DNA of 64,000 nt from Henriciella sp. (GCA_965277015.1 OZ255705.1:2902475-2966474), one strand, 5' to 3'. Shown: positions 44,776 to 56,131, numbered from the stretch's first letter. A program made the numbers and translations. The notes: generated by a model not told the origin, from the letters alone.

Positions 44776-45206
44776 AATTTGAAAGCCGACCGCAAACGGA
44801 TACCCGCTTCGATCTCTTGGTCTTCCCATTGCGCTGTATCATCAAGCTCTTCAGCGCCAATCGACAGTTCACCGCCGACAGAGATTCGAGGCGTGATGCG
44901 GAATTCGGCTTCCGCCAGCATTTCTTCCCGAGGAAGAGGTGATTCCTGATCACGAGAGGTCAGATCCAGGCTGAGGCTCCAGCGGTCACCCTTAATCCAT
45001 GCCAGATTAAAAGTTTGCGACGGCTGGGCTTGCCAGATTGGAGAATTGAGCTGCGCGCTATTGAAGCTGAACTTCTGGAACCAGTCAGGTTCAGCCTGAT
45101 CGGTTTCAGACATGGTCGGCGCTGGCATTTCAGGCACGTCTTGCTGGGCCATCGCCGGAAGGGCGAGGCCGCACAAAGTCGCGACTGATACCAATAGCAA
45201 ACGCAT
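44772..45206 (-). CDS. NtrZ-like periplasmic protein
   Basis: Signal peptide; [22 protein letters not shown]-terminus resembles the Caulobacter NtrZ family as recalled. Confidence 0.65.
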   Translation of the reverse strand: MRLLLVSVATLCGLALPAMAQQDVPEMPAPTMSETDQAEPDWFQKFSFNSAQLNSPIWQAQPSQTFNLAWIKGDRWSLSLDLTSRDQESPLPREEMLAEAEFRITPRISVGGELSIGAEELDDTAQWEDQEIEAGIRLRSAFKF

Positions 45207-45244
45207 TTCTTGTTACTCCTGCGACATAGATAGCAGTGAGATCG

Positions 45245-45260
45245 GTTAAGAGAACCTTAA
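45245..45260 (-). promoter_or_regulatory. CtrA box TTAA-N7-TTAAC
   Basis: Minus strand TTAAGGTTCTCTTAAC, about 40 bp upstream of the ntrZ-like start. Confidence 0.7.
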
Positions 45261-46435
45261 TTTCCAGTTATCTCTACAATTTTCTGAGACAGTGTGATTT
45301 CGACAACAACACCCTGGGACGACCAGTTTTGGTTAATCGTCTCGGTTTTGTCATCAAGATAGCCGATTGCCAGCCGCGCAGACGGGCCGAAATCCTTGGC
45401 GGCGCCGATGCGCCAACTTTGCGCTTCCAGCTGCGCCCCGTCGTCTTCTGATTCGCCAAATTCTACTGAAAAATCAGTGTCATATGCGTTTTTATGCAGG
45501 CCGGCGCTCCAGGCATTATAAGTGCCCTGCGGCAGTCCATTATCGGACTCCAGCCAGGACGCCCCAAACGTCCAGTCATCCTGCTCGATCCGTGTCCCGG
45601 CAGACCATGTTTCGATTTGATCATAAGCCACTGCCAATCCGCGAGGAGACACATCAGCTGACGACCATGCAAGGCCGACATCGAATCGCCAGCCCGATTC
45701 GCGCAAACGGCGCGTTCCGTTCAACGCCAGCTCAATCGCATTTTCAGTCTCCAGAGCGATGCCGCCTGTGCCCGCCATAGGCCGGCGATCAAGGCCGTCG
45801 GCATTGGCATCTGGCGTATAGCTGACGCCGCCTCTAACGCCCAAAATACGTGGGCTTGCATACGACACTTTCAGGCTCGGACCCGTGAGATCATGTCGTG
45901 TGCGGACGGCGCTCAGACCTGTCGGATCCAGCAATGTGCTGTCCAGCCGGGCGTGCGACAGCGCCGAGCGCGTGCCTTCATGAAAGCGCGCACCAACTCC
46001 GAGATCCTTACCGACCCGAAGCTCGCCATAACCGCCATCGACTTGCAGATAAGCGGTTTCGAGACGTGTTCGAATGTCACTCGAGTCAATCGGCGCCCCT
46101 GCAGACAGACCGGAAAAGGCGCCCACTGGCGCCGCAGCGATAGGGCCGAAACCGCCAATTCCGCCTGGGCGATTTGGATGATCCGCTTGCAGACGCAACG
46201 CCCCGCGGGCGCGCACGCGCACGCCATTGTCGAGCACTTTCTCAGTCGTTCCGGTCAAAGACATCTCGCCCAGGACCGGTTCAGTGCTGATCGCTGCGTC
46301 AGAATCGCTGACCGGCGTAACGACGATAACGCTCTCAAAACCAAATTCAGTTTCCAGCGGCGCACCGCTCTGTGCAGCAACCATGGGCAACAGGAAAAAG
46401 CCCGGCATCAGCAAAGCAAAAACACGTATCGACAT
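45257..46435 (-). CDS. Outer-membrane porin
   Basis: Signal peptide; LDNGVRV, GYGELRVG, VSYASPRILG..GVSYTP, alternating beta-strand pattern. Confidence 0.8.
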   Translation of the reverse strand: MSIRVFALLMPGFFLLPMVAAQSGAPLETEFGFESVIVVTPVSDSDAAISTEPVLGEMSLTGTTEKVLDNGVRVRARGALRLQADHPNRPGGIGGFGPIAAAPVGAFSGLSAGAPIDSSDIRTRLETAYLQVDGGYGELRVGKDLGVGARFHEGTRSALSHARLDSTLLDPTGLSAVRTRHDLTGPSLKVSYASPRILGVRGGVSYTPDANADGLDRRPMAGTGGIALETENAIELALNGTRRLRESGWRFDVGLAWSSADVSPRGLAVAYDQIETWSAGTRIEQDDWTFGASWLESDNGLPQGTYNAWSAGLHKNAYDTDFSVEFGESEDDGAQLEAQSWRIGAAKDFGPSARLAIGYLDDKTETINQNWSSQGVVVEITLSQKIVEITGN

Positions 46436-46546
46436 GAGCGTCTTTTGATCCTCCCTGGACCTTCAGCATATCAGCACTGGCAGGCTGAGTTTGAGGTGTT
46501 ATAGAGTCAGTCTATCAACAAGGTCTTGCCAACGGGAAATGACGAT

Positions 46547-46975
46547 ATGAAGGCAGTTTCATCCCTCATCGCAGCAACACTTGGCGCGCTTGCGCTCACA
46601 GGTTGCGTATTCGGTGGCGGCAATAAAGCCGAAACAAGCGTGGTCGAAGAGATCGCCGGCGGCTCTAACCCATATCTATGGCGGGCAAGTCTCGACACGC
46701 TGAGTGCATTGCCTTTGGTCAGCACGGACCCTTTTGGCGGGACAATCATCTATGATTGGAAGTCGTTCGAAGGATCAGCCGACGAGCGTATCAAGGCGAC
46801 AGTCTATATTCTCGATTCGCGCCTTCGTGCGGATGGCGTCAAAGTCAGCGTCTTCCGCCAGACGAATCAAGACGGCACGTGGGTTGATGCAGACACCGAT
46901 CCTGAGACCGGCATTCAGCTCGAGAACGCGATTCTCGTACGGGCCCGAAATCTCAAAGCGTCTGAACTCGACTAA
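46547..46975 (+). CDS. DUF3576-family lipoprotein
   Basis: Lipobox LTG-C; [33 protein letters not shown]; conserved upstream of leuS. Confidence 0.88.
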   Translation: MKAVSSLIAATLGALALTGCVFGGGNKAETSVVEEIAGGSNPYLWRASLDTLSALPLVSTDPFGGTIIYDWKSFEGSADERIKATVYILDSRLRADGVKVSVFRQTNQDGTWVDADTDPETGIQLENAILVRARNLKASELD

Positions 46976-46998
46976 GATTTACATGGATGGGGGAGGCG

Positions 46999-49590
46999 AT
47001 GGCCTCAAGATATGATCCGCAAACTGCGGAACCCAAATGGCGTGACGCTTGGCAAAAAGCGGAGCTGTTCAAAGCCCTGACGCCGGCGGACGCAGGCGAT
47101 ATGCCCAAAGCATACGTCCTCGAGATGTTCCCGTATCCGTCTGGGCGCCTGCACATGGGGCATGTCCGCAATTATGCCATGGGCGATGTCGTTGCGCGCT
47201 ATAAGAAAGCGAAAGGTTACAACGTTCTGCACCCGATGGGGTGGGACGCGTTCGGGATGCCTGCCGAGAATGCGGCAATGGAAAAGAACGTCCACCCAGG
47301 CGAATGGACCTATCAGAATATCGCCGCGATGAAGGCGCAGTTCGAAAAGCTCGGCCTGTCACTGGACTGGTCCCGCGAGTTCGCAACGTGCGATCCGGAC
47401 TATTATGGTGAGCAACAACGCCTGTTCCTGAAATTCATGGAAAAAGGCCTCGTCTATCAGAAGAAGGCCAAGGTAAACTGGGACCCGGTCGACAATACGG
47501 TGCTCGCCAATGAGCAAGTGATCGATGGCAAAGGCTGGCGCTCGGGCGCCGAAGTTGAACAGCGCGAACTGGTACAATGGTTTTTCCGCATCACCGATTA
47601 TGCCGAGGACTTGCTCACCGAGGTTCAGAAACTTGACCGCTGGCCGGACAAAGTCAGGACCATGCAAGCCAATTGGATTGGCCGGTCTGAAGGTCTTCAA
47701 ATGCGATTTGAATGGGCAGGCGCTGCGCCGGAGAGCCATTCGAATGGGATTGAAATTTTCACCACGCGCCCGGACACTCTATATGGGGCAAGCTTCATTG
47801 CGCTGTCGCCGGATCATCCTTTAACCATCGAGATGGCTGCGGATAATGCGGATCTGGAGGTATTTCGCGCCGAATGCGCAAAAGTCGGAACGTCCGAAGC
47901 GGATATCGAGAAAGCCCCAAAAATGGGCTTTAATACGGGGCTTCTGGTCAAGCATCCCTTCCTCGAAGGGCAGACACTGCCTGTCTATATCGCGAACTTT
48001 GTCCTGATGGGGTATGGCACCGGCGCGATTTTCGCGTGTCCGGCGCATGATCAACGCGACTTTGATTTCGCGCGCAAATATGACTTGCCGATCCTGCCCG
48101 TCGTGAAGCCGTCAGATAAGGAAACAGCCTCTGCGGCCTGGGTCACGTCTGGCCAAGGCGCAGACATGGACGCTGCTTATACAGGCCCTGGTTCGATTAT
48201 GAATTCCGGCTTTCTGGATGGCAAAGAGATCACTGACGCCAAGTCTTTGGCAATTGGCCAAATCGAAGACATGGAGCTTGGCCAAGGCACCGTAAATTAT
48301 CGCCTGCGTGATTGGGGCGTCTCGCGCCAGCGCTATTGGGGCTGTCCGATCCCGGTCATTCATTGTGGTGATTGCGGGATTGTTCCAGTGCCGGTTGTAG
48401 ATCTGCCTGTGAAGCTTCCGGACGATGTCAGTTTTGACAAACCCGGCAACCCATTGCTGCATCACGCGACCTGGAAAGATGTCGACTGTCCAAAGTGCGG
48501 AAAAGCGGCGCAACGCGAAACAGACACGCTTGATACATTCAATGATTCGAGCTGGTATTTCGCCCGGTTCGCCAGTGTTGATGACCCTGCAGAGCGTGCT
48601 TACTGGCTGCCAGTAGACCAATATGTCGGCGGGGTTGAACATGCCGTGTTGCACTTGCTCTATGCGCGCTTTTTCATGCGCGCGATGCGAGATGTTGGCG
48701 AAGTAGATCTGCCCAGCGGCGAGCCATTTGCTGGCTTGTTCACGCAAGGCATGGTCACGCACGAGACCTATAAAACCGACGATGAGCGCTGGATCACGCC
48801 CGACGAAGTCGAAGACCGCAATGGCGGGCTTTTCGAAATCGGAACGCAGCACGCAGTAACAGTCGGTGCGATTGAGAAAATGTCCAAGTCGAAGAAGAAT
48901 GTCGTCGACCCGGACAACATCATTTCAACGTTCGGCGCCGACACCGCCCGCTGGTTTGTGCTGTCCGACAGTCCGCCTGAACGGGATGTCGAGTGGACCC
49001 AATCCGGCGCTGAAGGCGCGGGACGGTTTGTCCAGCGTGTCTGGAGCGTGTTTAACGCTCTGAGCGATGCGCCGCGCGACAGGCAGCAAAGCGACAGCGA
49101 TGCGGCCACGGCACTGCGACGCTCAACGCACAAAGCTGCGCACGCTGTTGATAAGGCCATTGAAGAGTTTCGTTTCAACTCTGCGATCGCGACGATCCAT
49201 GAATGGGTCAGCACATTGAAAAAAGCTGAGCAAGGCGGCGAAGAGCTGCTTCATGCTCGCATCGAGGGCGCAGCGATGCTGGCGCGTTGTCTGACCCCGT
49301 TTATGCCGCATCTGGCGGAGGAATGCTGGGACATGATGGGCGGCGAAGGGCTTTGTTCCGCTGCCGCCTGGCCGGAAGCCGATAAAAGCCTGTTGGTCGA
49401 AGACACGGTCACCATGCCGATCCAGGTCAATGGCAAACGCCGCGCTGAAATCACAGTCTCGAAGAGTGCGAGCAAGGATGACATTGAAGCCACAGCGCTC
49501 GCAGAACCGGGTCTGCAAAGCTTTGTTGAAGGCAAACCAATCAAGAAAGTGATTGTCGTTCCGGGCCGGATCGTCAATATCGTTGTGTGA
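46999..49590 (+). CDS. leuS: Leucine--tRNA ligase
   Basis: [14 protein letters not shown] (HIGH), FTTRPDTL editing domain, [17 protein letters not shown]. Confidence 0.98.
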   Translation: MASRYDPQTAEPKWRDAWQKAELFKALTPADAGDMPKAYVLEMFPYPSGRLHMGHVRNYAMGDVVARYKKAKGYNVLHPMGWDAFGMPAENAAMEKNVHPGEWTYQNIAAMKAQFEKLGLSLDWSREFATCDPDYYGEQQRLFLKFMEKGLVYQKKAKVNWDPVDNTVLANEQVIDGKGWRSGAEVEQRELVQWFFRITDYAEDLLTEVQKLDRWPDKVRTMQANWIGRSEGLQMRFEWAGAAPESHSNGIEIFTTRPDTLYGASFIALSPDHPLTIEMAADNADLEVFRAECAKVGTSEADIEKAPKMGFNTGLLVKHPFLEGQTLPVYIANFVLMGYGTGAIFACPAHDQRDFDFARKYDLPILPVVKPSDKETASAAWVTSGQGADMDAAYTGPGSIMNSGFLDGKEITDAKSLAIGQIEDMELGQGTVNYRLRDWGVSRQRYWGCPIPVIHCGDCGIVPVPVVDLPVKLPDDVSFDKPGNPLLHHATWKDVDCPKCGKAAQRETDTLDTFNDSSWYFARFASVDDPAERAYWLPVDQYVGGVEHAVLHLLYARFFMRAMRDVGEVDLPSGEPFAGLFTQGMVTHETYKTDDERWITPDEVEDRNGGLFEIGTQHAVTVGAIEKMSKSKKNVVDPDNIISTFGADTARWFVLSDSPPERDVEWTQSGAEGAGRFVQRVWSVFNALSDAPRDRQQSDSDAATALRRSTHKAAHAVDKAIEEFRFNSAIATIHEWVSTLKKAEQGGEELLHARIEGAAMLARCLTPFMPHLAEECWDMMGGEGLCSAAAWPEADKSLLVEDTVTMPIQVNGKRRAEITVSKSASKDDIEATALAEPGLQSFVEGKPIKKVIVVPGRIVNIVV

Positions 49591-50054
49591 TGAGACAGCT
49601 TGCTATCGCCTTCCTCGCCCTGACCCTCACTGCTTGTGGGTTCACGCCGCTTTATGCAGGAGGCGGCAATGCGGGCAATATCAATATTGAAACCATTGAA
49701 GGACGGGCCGGGCATGCGCTTCGTAAAGCGCTTACTCAGGAACTCGCGCCGGGCTTGCCGGGTCTGGATGGACCTGCCATCCTGAATATCGTTCTCAATG
49801 AGAATATTGGACGGTTGGCGCTGCAGCCGGACGAGGCTGCGACGCGGACCGATATTATTGTCAGCGCCCAGTACGTCCTGGCCTTCGAAGGCGACGCCCT
49901 GTCAGGCACGAGCGCCGCGGAAACCAGCTTCCTGGTGCCGGATGCGCCGTTCTCTGACATCACCGCGCAAATCGATGCTACGGATCGAGCGATGCTTATC
50001 CTGGCGCGGCGCATCGCCGATGATTTGCGCATCAAAATGGCGAATGCCGAATGA
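49590..50054 (+). CDS. lptE: LPS assembly lipoprotein LptE
   Basis: LTA-CGFTPLY lipobox; between leuS and holA. Confidence 0.9.
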   Translation: MRQLAIAFLALTLTACGFTPLYAGGGNAGNINIETIEGRAGHALRKALTQELAPGLPGLDGPAILNIVLNENIGRLALQPDEAATRTDIIVSAQYVLAFEGDALSGTSAAETSFLVPDAPFSDITAQIDATDRAMLILARRIADDLRIKMANAE

Positions 50055-51082
50055 AGTTTCAGGGCAATAGCGCTGAACGTTTTGCCAGAAAGCCTGATCC
50101 TGCCTGCCCGTTCGCACTGATTTTTGGCGAGGATGAAGGCGTTGTGGCTGACCAGGCCAATGCGTTGATTAAAGCCTGGGAAAAAACCACGCCAAGCACA
50201 GTTCTGACGCTCGACGAAGATGATGTGAAACGCGAGCCAAGCCGGTTATTCGACGCCCTGGAGGCAGTATCCTTGCTCGGCGAAGGCACGATCATCCGCA
50301 TTCGCACCAAGGGCGAGAAGTTGTTCGCGATCATCAAAGACGTTCTGGCTTTACCGTCAGAGCGCGTCGCGGCGAAGCTGGTTTTGCAGAATGGCAGTCT
50401 GAACACACGATCCAAACTGCGCACGGCATTTGAAGCCGCGCCAAACGCTGCGGCGCTGCATCTTTTCTCGGATACAGCATCGGATATGTCCGAACTGGTG
50501 CGGGGGTTTTTGCAATCGCGCGATGTTGAGATTGATACAGATGCCATGTCGGTCTTCGTTGGCGGCTTGCCTGGGCATCGCAGCCTGGCAAATGCCGAAA
50601 TGGAGAAACTGGCCGTCTATGCACATGGCTTAGACCGCCCCGTGAGCGTTTCTGATGTGCGGTCACTGTGTGAGACAAATGCCGATGAAAGCGCCAGAAG
50701 CGCCGTTCTGATGGCGTTGAGCGGTGAAGCTGAAGCGGCGCAAGCGGAAATGGATAGGGTGCTTGATACGGGCCTGTCACCCATCAGTTTTGTGCGTCTA
50801 TTCGAAATGGAAGCCAGCCGTATGCTGGAGGCTCAAGCCCTTCAAGGGGAGGGTGGATCAGGCAATGTGGGCATGAAACTGAAGCCGCCGGTCTGGAAGT
50901 CAGATTGGCCTGCCTTTCAGGCGCGGTTGAAGAAATGGCCAACGCCGCGATTGATCCGGCTGGTTGAGCGCCTGCATGATCTGGAATTGATGGCAAAATC
51001 ACCCGGCGGCGCAGGCCTTGCCGAACCGGCGACACGAGAGCTTTTCATTACGCTTTACAAAGTTGCAGCGTCTGCGCGCTGA
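50051..51082 (+). CDS. holA: DNA polymerase III delta subunit
   Basis: LIFGEDEG, SLLG, SKLR..FE, EMEKLAVY, KPPVW; leuS-lptE-holA synteny. Confidence 0.92.
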   Translation: MKFQGNSAERFARKPDPACPFALIFGEDEGVVADQANALIKAWEKTTPSTVLTLDEDDVKREPSRLFDALEAVSLLGEGTIIRIRTKGEKLFAIIKDVLALPSERVAAKLVLQNGSLNTRSKLRTAFEAAPNAAALHLFSDTASDMSELVRGFLQSRDVEIDTDAMSVFVGGLPGHRSLANAEMEKLAVYAHGLDRPVSVSDVRSLCETNADESARSAVLMALSGEAEAAQAEMDRVLDTGLSPISFVRLFEMEASRMLEAQALQGEGGSGNVGMKLKPPVWKSDWPAFQARLKKWPTPRLIRLVERLHDLELMAKSPGGAGLAEPATRELFITLYKVAASAR

Positions 51083-51151
51083 TGTGTTCACGAATGAATG
51101 ACTGGAAGTTTCGCGAGACCTTTGTCATGGAGGCTGGGGAGGCGTTCAACC

Positions 51152-51910
51152 ATGTTTTCTTTTAGACCCCTTTTTCTGATTGTCGTGCTGGCGCAATTTC
51201 TGGTGCCGCTGCTGCCAAATTTCGGCATCGGCATGGCAATTGGTGACCGGGCTGTCGCAGAGGGCATCCTGCCCGAATTGCCGACAGGCGTGTTCTTTTC
51301 GATCTGGGGTGTGATTTTTCTGGGGCTGACTCTGACAGCAATCCAGCATTGGCGAGCCCCAAGCTATACCAGTGAACGCATCGCGCCGCCGCTGACCCTG
51401 GCGGCGTTCGGAAATCTGATCTGGATGCTGAGCGCTCAAAGCCTCGGCTTGGTCTGGCTGGATCTGTTGCTGCTTTTACCTATCGCGTTCTTTACTTGGG
51501 AAGCGGCCTACAGGTTGGACCAGTCCGGAGACTATGACGGTACGCCGCGCAGCATTCTGCACGGCCTGACAGTCGGTTTGTTCGCGGGCTGGTTGACCGT
51601 TGCGGTCTCGATCAGTGTGCCAGACGTCACACGCTGGTTATTGGCGCAGGGCGTCAGCGACGCTGTTTGGCAATCGCTTTGGCTGACGCTTGTTCCTGCG
51701 TCGCTCTTGGCCCTCGCCTTTGCCAATTATGTCAGCCGCAATGGCTGGTATTTCGTAGCGCTCGCTTGGGGATTGCTTGGCGTGGTCGTGAATAATTGGG
51801 CGCGGCTCGAAACCCACGCGCTTGCCATCGCTGCGGCTGTAATCGGGCTGTATATCTTGCTGCGCCGGATAAGATTTGGCGCCAGCGGCAGCTATCCTGC
51901 GAAAGCCTGA
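51152..51910 (+). CDS. Trp-rich multi-TM membrane protein (TspO-related, tentative)
   Basis: FSIWGVIF, NLIWM, GWLTVA, LAWGLLGV; about 8 hydrophobic segments. Confidence 0.6.
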   Translation: MFSFRPLFLIVVLAQFLVPLLPNFGIGMAIGDRAVAEGILPELPTGVFFSIWGVIFLGLTLTAIQHWRAPSYTSERIAPPLTLAAFGNLIWMLSAQSLGLVWLDLLLLLPIAFFTWEAAYRLDQSGDYDGTPRSILHGLTVGLFAGWLTVAVSISVPDVTRWLLAQGVSDAVWQSLWLTLVPASLLALAFANYVSRNGWYFVALAWGLLGVVVNNWARLETHALAIAAAVIGLYILLRRIRFGASGSYPAKA

Positions 51911-54900
51911 GATTGCGCGTTCAGCGTTTCAATCAGATTGGCTTCAATCGTTCCCGATGTCGGCAAACCATTATCGGCCTGGAATGCGCGGATTGCGGTG
52001 CGGGTTCCGGCGCCGGCTAAGCCGTCCGCGGGGCCAGCGTCGTAGCCAAGGCCATTCAGCACTTCTTGTACCGCTTTAACCTGGGCGCGGCTGGCCTGGG
52101 TCCAGTCCTGGGGCCCGAAATTACCGTTTGCTGCAGCATTTGGCGTTGCCTTGACCCAGGTTGACGCCCGTCTTTGAGCCTGTTGTGCCTGGTCCAGCGG
52201 CAGCGCATCGCGCAAGGTTGCAACATTGCCCGGTGCGCTTGCATCACCATTCGCAGCGGCAATTTCATACCAATACAAGGCTTCGGTCTGGCTCGGTGAG
52301 ATACCGAGACCATTCTCGTAAAGCAGGGCCAGATTATACTGGCTATCCACGACGCCAAAATCGGCGGCCTTCTTAGACCACTCGGCCGCTGCAGCGTATG
52401 ATTGTGCGCCGCCTTCACCGTCAGCATAGAAAACTGCCAGGTCGTGCATCGCTTTGATGTTTCCGCCATTTGCCGCACGCTCTGTCCAGGCGCGGGCTTC
52501 TGCAAAGTCGCGTGGGACGCCGATACCGCGTTCATGCAGTTTCGCCATGCGATATTGTGCAGCTGGCAGGCCTTTTTCTGCGGCCTGACTGATCAGGTCA
52601 GCGGCGGCGGCAAAGTCCTGAGCTTCCAGACGTTCTAGGCCAAGTTGGAATTGCGCGACTGGGTTGCCGTTGCTCACAGCCTGTTCGATGGTCATGGAAG
52701 CTGGAATGATCGGCAGCACGACGGGTGCCGCGATTTCGGCAATTGGCGGCGCTTCGGCAGGTTGCGCCTCAATCACCCCTGCGACGCTGCCTTCGTCTTC
52801 GAACAGCGTTTCGTCCAGCGTCTCAGACGCGGGTTGTTCAAACTCGACACCGACAAGGCTCGGTTCTGTCGGGGCTTCGATTCCCGCCTCTGCGAGCGTG
52901 GTTTTGGTCTCAACCGCTGGCGCGTTGGATTCCGTGAACGGGATCTTGCCGCGTAAGGCGACCCATGCGCCGGCCCCTGCCGCAGTGAGGGCAAATACAG
53001 ATGCCGCTGCGATGATCGGGAATTTGCTAGGGCTGCTTGGTTTAACTGTGACGGAGGCTGCTGAGCGTCGACCGCGGCGTGATTTTGCCTCTGCTTTCGA
53101 GTCCGACGCAGCTGCGATTGCGGCATCGCGCGCGCGAGTTAGATAGTCATCGGGAGCGTCATCGTTCGGGTCGAACTCGTCAAGATGTTCGGTATCTTCT
53201 GCGACCAGGTCCTCGGTATTGTGCGCCAAATCGACATCGTCAAAGGTTGGCAGCAGGTCAATGGCTTCTTCGGACGTTTCTTCAGACGAGAAAATGTCGG
53301 AATCGCGCGCTTCTTCCTGCGACTCATCCCAGCTGCCAAGTTCGGCCAGCGGGTCATCCGTATTTGGCGATTCTTCATCAAAGAACACGTCAGATTGATC
53401 CGCGTTATCCGCAGCTTCTGGCGCATAGTCATGATCTGTTTCAGGCGCGGCATCAGGCTCGGCCCATGCGTCATCCAGAGATATTGTATCAGGTTCTGCG
53501 CTGTGGGCGTCGCCGGGCTGATCGTCAAAATCCGGCAAGCCTGCAATGAAATCAGTTTGTTCAGCGTCAGCCTCGGCAGCTTCAGATTCCAGGGCGGCGA
53601 TAGAGTCTGCAAAATGTTCGGTCTCGATCGGATCTGGGTCTGGCTCGGGTGCCGCCTCGAGCACAGGTTCCGGCTCTGGAGTTGGTGCAGGGTCTATTTC
53701 GATCGGTGATCTGTCGACCTCCATGGCCGGCATGTCAGGCAGGGCGGCGGCGGCCGGCTCCGCCAGTGGCGGTGCATTGAAATCTTCCAGCGCTTCTAGA
53801 CGCGACGCCAGAGAGACGATCGCTCGTTGCACCGGCGAAACCGCTGTTGCTGTTTGACTCTGCATATCCGTTAGACGCTCTGAAATGTTCGACAGGGCGT
53901 CGGATAGACGGGCTTCCTGCCGCGATTCCGAGCCAGCAACTTGTTCAGCCAGTTGACGCTGGCTTTGCTCCTGACGCGCCTGGACGTGTTTGATCGCCGT
54001 GGCCACCTGCTCACCGACTTGCTCAATGGCGCCAGCGCTGCGGCGTTCGCTGTCCGCGATACGTTGATTCATCGTTTCTGACAGTCCAACAACTTGCTCG
54101 CCGACTTTTTCGATGGCGCTGGCGCTGCGGTTTTCGCTTTCTTCAACATGGCGAACCAGCGTTTCTGAAAGATGGCTCAACTGACCGTCAACGCCGTCCA
54201 GTCTGGCACCTATATCCGTCGACTCGAGGGCGTTTACGCGTGTTTCCAGCGCGCCCATCAATTCCGGATTATTGCCGGATGCGGCGCGCTCAATTTCATC
54301 GGCCAAATGACGACGTGATTCATCAACACTGACGCGCAGGTCTTTTGCGAGCGCGTCAAAGCGCTGCTCCAATTCGTGGCGCAGCGCATTGGCCTTTTCA
54401 GGATTTGCGTCTTCGGCAACCCGATTAATCCGTTGGTCGAGGCTGGCAAATGTGCCTTCCAGCGCTTGCAGCGCCGTGTCTGTGGTTTGTTCGGCGCGGT
54501 TGAGGCGTTCCTGGACGCGCAGCAAAGTGCCTTCCATGGAAGAAATCGCACCGGAGACATCGCCTTCAACGGTTTTCATGCGCGCCGTGACATCATCTAC
54601 ATTTGCGAGCTTGGTCGCGACAGAAGATTCGATGTTCGAAACACGTTCAGACAGGTGACGTGATGTGCCTTCGGCGCGAAGCTCGGCTTGCTCGACAGCC
54701 TTTTCCACGCGTTGGGCGGCTTCGGCCAAAGTGGACTCTACTTTGATCTCAACGCCTTCAACCCGGTCATTCAATTCACCAAATCCAGCTTCGACCCGGC
54801 CTTTCATGGCCATGGAGTCGTCCTGGTTCAGACGGCCTTCTTCATAGACATGCGTTGCAAGCTTCCCAAGCGCGTCTTCCAGCGCTTTCATCGCTTCCAG

Positions 54901-55344
54901 ACTGCGGCGGCCGCTTTCATCAGCTTCCAAGGCGCCGACTTTATCGTGCAGCATTTCATGCGTTTCGCGCAGTTCGTCGACCATACGCTCGACTTCTGCA
55001 GTCATAGCCGAGGTTGAGTTTTCAGAGCTTTCGAGACGTGCCAGCAAGCCGAGAACCGATTGGTCGATACCCGTGATGGCTAGAGTGGAGCGAGCTTCAA
55101 CGGCTTCAATGCGTTGCGCCAGACCGTCCAGGGCATGGGGGCGGCTTGGCTCGGAAAACGCACTGGTGAGCGGAGACTCTTGATAGCGACCCATATCGCG
55201 CGGGCCCGCTTCGCTGTGACCATCCAGCAGCAAATTGTTGATATAATCGCCTAGCGTTATGCCTTTAAGGCGGGCTTTTTCTTTGGCGATTGCACGGGCG
55301 CGATCGTCCACCCCTTTAACGCTCCAAGACCCATACTGGCTCAT
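51892..55344 (-). CDS. podJ: Polar organizing protein PodJ
   Basis: N-terminal WSVKGVDDRARAIAKEKAR, long coiled coil, acidic Pro-rich region, TM, Sel1 repeats, C-terminal peptidoglycan-binding domain (GPADGLAGAGTRTAIRAFQ). Confidence 0.9.
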   Translation of the reverse strand: MSQYGSWSVKGVDDRARAIAKEKARLKGITLGDYINNLLLDGHSEAGPRDMGRYQESPLTSAFSEPSRPHALDGLAQRIEAVEARSTLAITGIDQSVLGLLARLESSENSTSAMTAEVERMVDELRETHEMLHDKVGALEADESGRRSLEAMKALEDALGKLATHVYEEGRLNQDDSMAMKGRVEAGFGELNDRVEGVEIKVESTLAEAAQRVEKAVEQAELRAEGTSRHLSERVSNIESSVATKLANVDDVTARMKTVEGDVSGAISSMEGTLLRVQERLNRAEQTTDTALQALEGTFASLDQRINRVAEDANPEKANALRHELEQRFDALAKDLRVSVDESRRHLADEIERAASGNNPELMGALETRVNALESTDIGARLDGVDGQLSHLSETLVRHVEESENRSASAIEKVGEQVVGLSETMNQRIADSERRSAGAIEQVGEQVATAIKHVQARQEQSQRQLAEQVAGSESRQEARLSDALSNISERLTDMQSQTATAVSPVQRAIVSLASRLEALEDFNAPPLAEPAAAALPDMPAMEVDRSPIEIDPAPTPEPEPVLEAAPEPDPDPIETEHFADSIAALESEAAEADAEQTDFIAGLPDFDDQPGDAHSAEPDTISLDDAWAEPDAAPETDHDYAPEAADNADQSDVFFDEESPNTDDPLAELGSWDESQEEARDSDIFSSEETSEEAIDLLPTFDDVDLAHNTEDLVAEDTEHLDEFDPNDDAPDDYLTRARDAAIAAASDSKAEAKSRRGRRSAASVTVKPSSPSKFPIIAAASVFALTAAGAGAWVALRGKIPFTESNAPAVETKTTLAEAGIEAPTEPSLVGVEFEQPASETLDETLFEDEGSVAGVIEAQPAEAPPIAEIAAPVVLPIIPASMTIEQAVSNGNPVAQFQLGLERLEAQDFAAAADLISQAAEKGLPAAQYRMAKLHERGIGVPRDFAEARAWTERAANGGNIKAMHDLAVFYADGEGGAQSYAAAAEWSKKAADFGVVDSQYNLALLYENGLGISPSQTEALYWYEIAAANGDASAPGNVATLRDALPLDQAQQAQRRASTWVKATPNAAANGNFGPQDWTQASRAQVKAVQEVLNGLGYDAGPADGLAGAGTRTAIRAFQADNGLPTSGTIEANLIETLNAQSQAFAG

Positions 55345-55428
55345 GCCCGGTACTCCGACTTCAGGCGCGTTTGATTCGAAAAACGCACCAATTTACCCAT
55401 TTCTGGTAGTGAAATGAAGCGATCGCCC

Positions 55429-55443
55429 TTAATTCCGGGTTAA
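55429..55443. promoter_or_regulatory. CtrA box upstream of podJ
   Basis: TTAA-TTCCGGG-TTAA, 85-99 bp upstream of the podJ start. Confidence 0.7.
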
Positions 55444-55512
55444 AAAGGTAAACAGATCAGCTTTAATTCGTAAGGTTTGTTCATATCCGGAATCTGAAGA
55501 GTCAAAGCTGAC

Positions 55513-55530
55513 GTTGACGTTCGCGTAAAC
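55513..55530. promoter_or_regulatory. LiuR-type operator
   Basis: GTTGACGTTCGCGTAAAC, near-palindrome just upstream of the MerR gene; nearly identical to 58017-58034. Confidence 0.7.
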
Positions 55531-55549
55531 ACGAGGCATAGTTACAGGC

Positions 55550-56029
55550 ATGCCAGATACCGTAACTTCTCTTTCTATCGCTGACTCTCGCACCTATTCC
55601 ATATCGGAACTTGCCCGAGAGTTTGGAATCACCCCTCGCGCACTGCGCTTCTATGAAGACAAAGACATGTTGCATCCGGCTCGGGATGGCATGACGCGTG
55701 TCTACTCTCATCGCGACCGCGGTCGCGTGAAGATCATCGTGCGCTTGAAACGGCTCGGTTTGCCGCTCGCAGATATTCGCGAAATCCTCGACCTGTATGG
55801 GCTCGAAGATGGCCAACGCGCCCAGATGCGTATGTCGCTGGTCAAGTTCCAGAACCAGATCAAGGAACTGGAAAGCCAACGCGAAGACATCGAAATGGCG
55901 CTGCAAGAGCTGCACAATGGAATTGAGTGGCTGGAAGGCCAGCTCGACAAGATTGGCCCCGGCGAAGAAGAGGCGCAAAACCTCAAAGCTTATGACGCGG
56001 TTGCGCGTCGCCAGCTCGACGAAGCCTAA
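55550..56029 (+). CDS. MerR-family regulator (LiuR/GnyR-like)
   Basis: YSISELAREFGITPRALRFYED, RVYS.RDR.R, LGLPLADIREILDLY; precedes acyl-CoA catabolic genes. Confidence 0.9.
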   Translation: MPDTVTSLSIADSRTYSISELAREFGITPRALRFYEDKDMLHPARDGMTRVYSHRDRGRVKIIVRLKRLGLPLADIREILDLYGLEDGQRAQMRMSLVKFQNQIKELESQREDIEMALQELHNGIEWLEGQLDKIGPGEEEAQNLKAYDAVARRQLDEA

Positions 56030-56131
56030 ATGATTACAGTTCGACCGTTAAGAGTTGAATGACCTTTCCAGACCGTGGCGCTACACCAAGCGTCACGGTT
56101 TTAATACATAATATCACTGAGGGAAAACCAG

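Noticed and set aside
53050-53760. Acidic Pro/Glu/Asp low-complexity stretch in podJ as a novel repeat
   Set aside because: Consistent with the known disordered region of PodJ; no discrete DNA repeat unit
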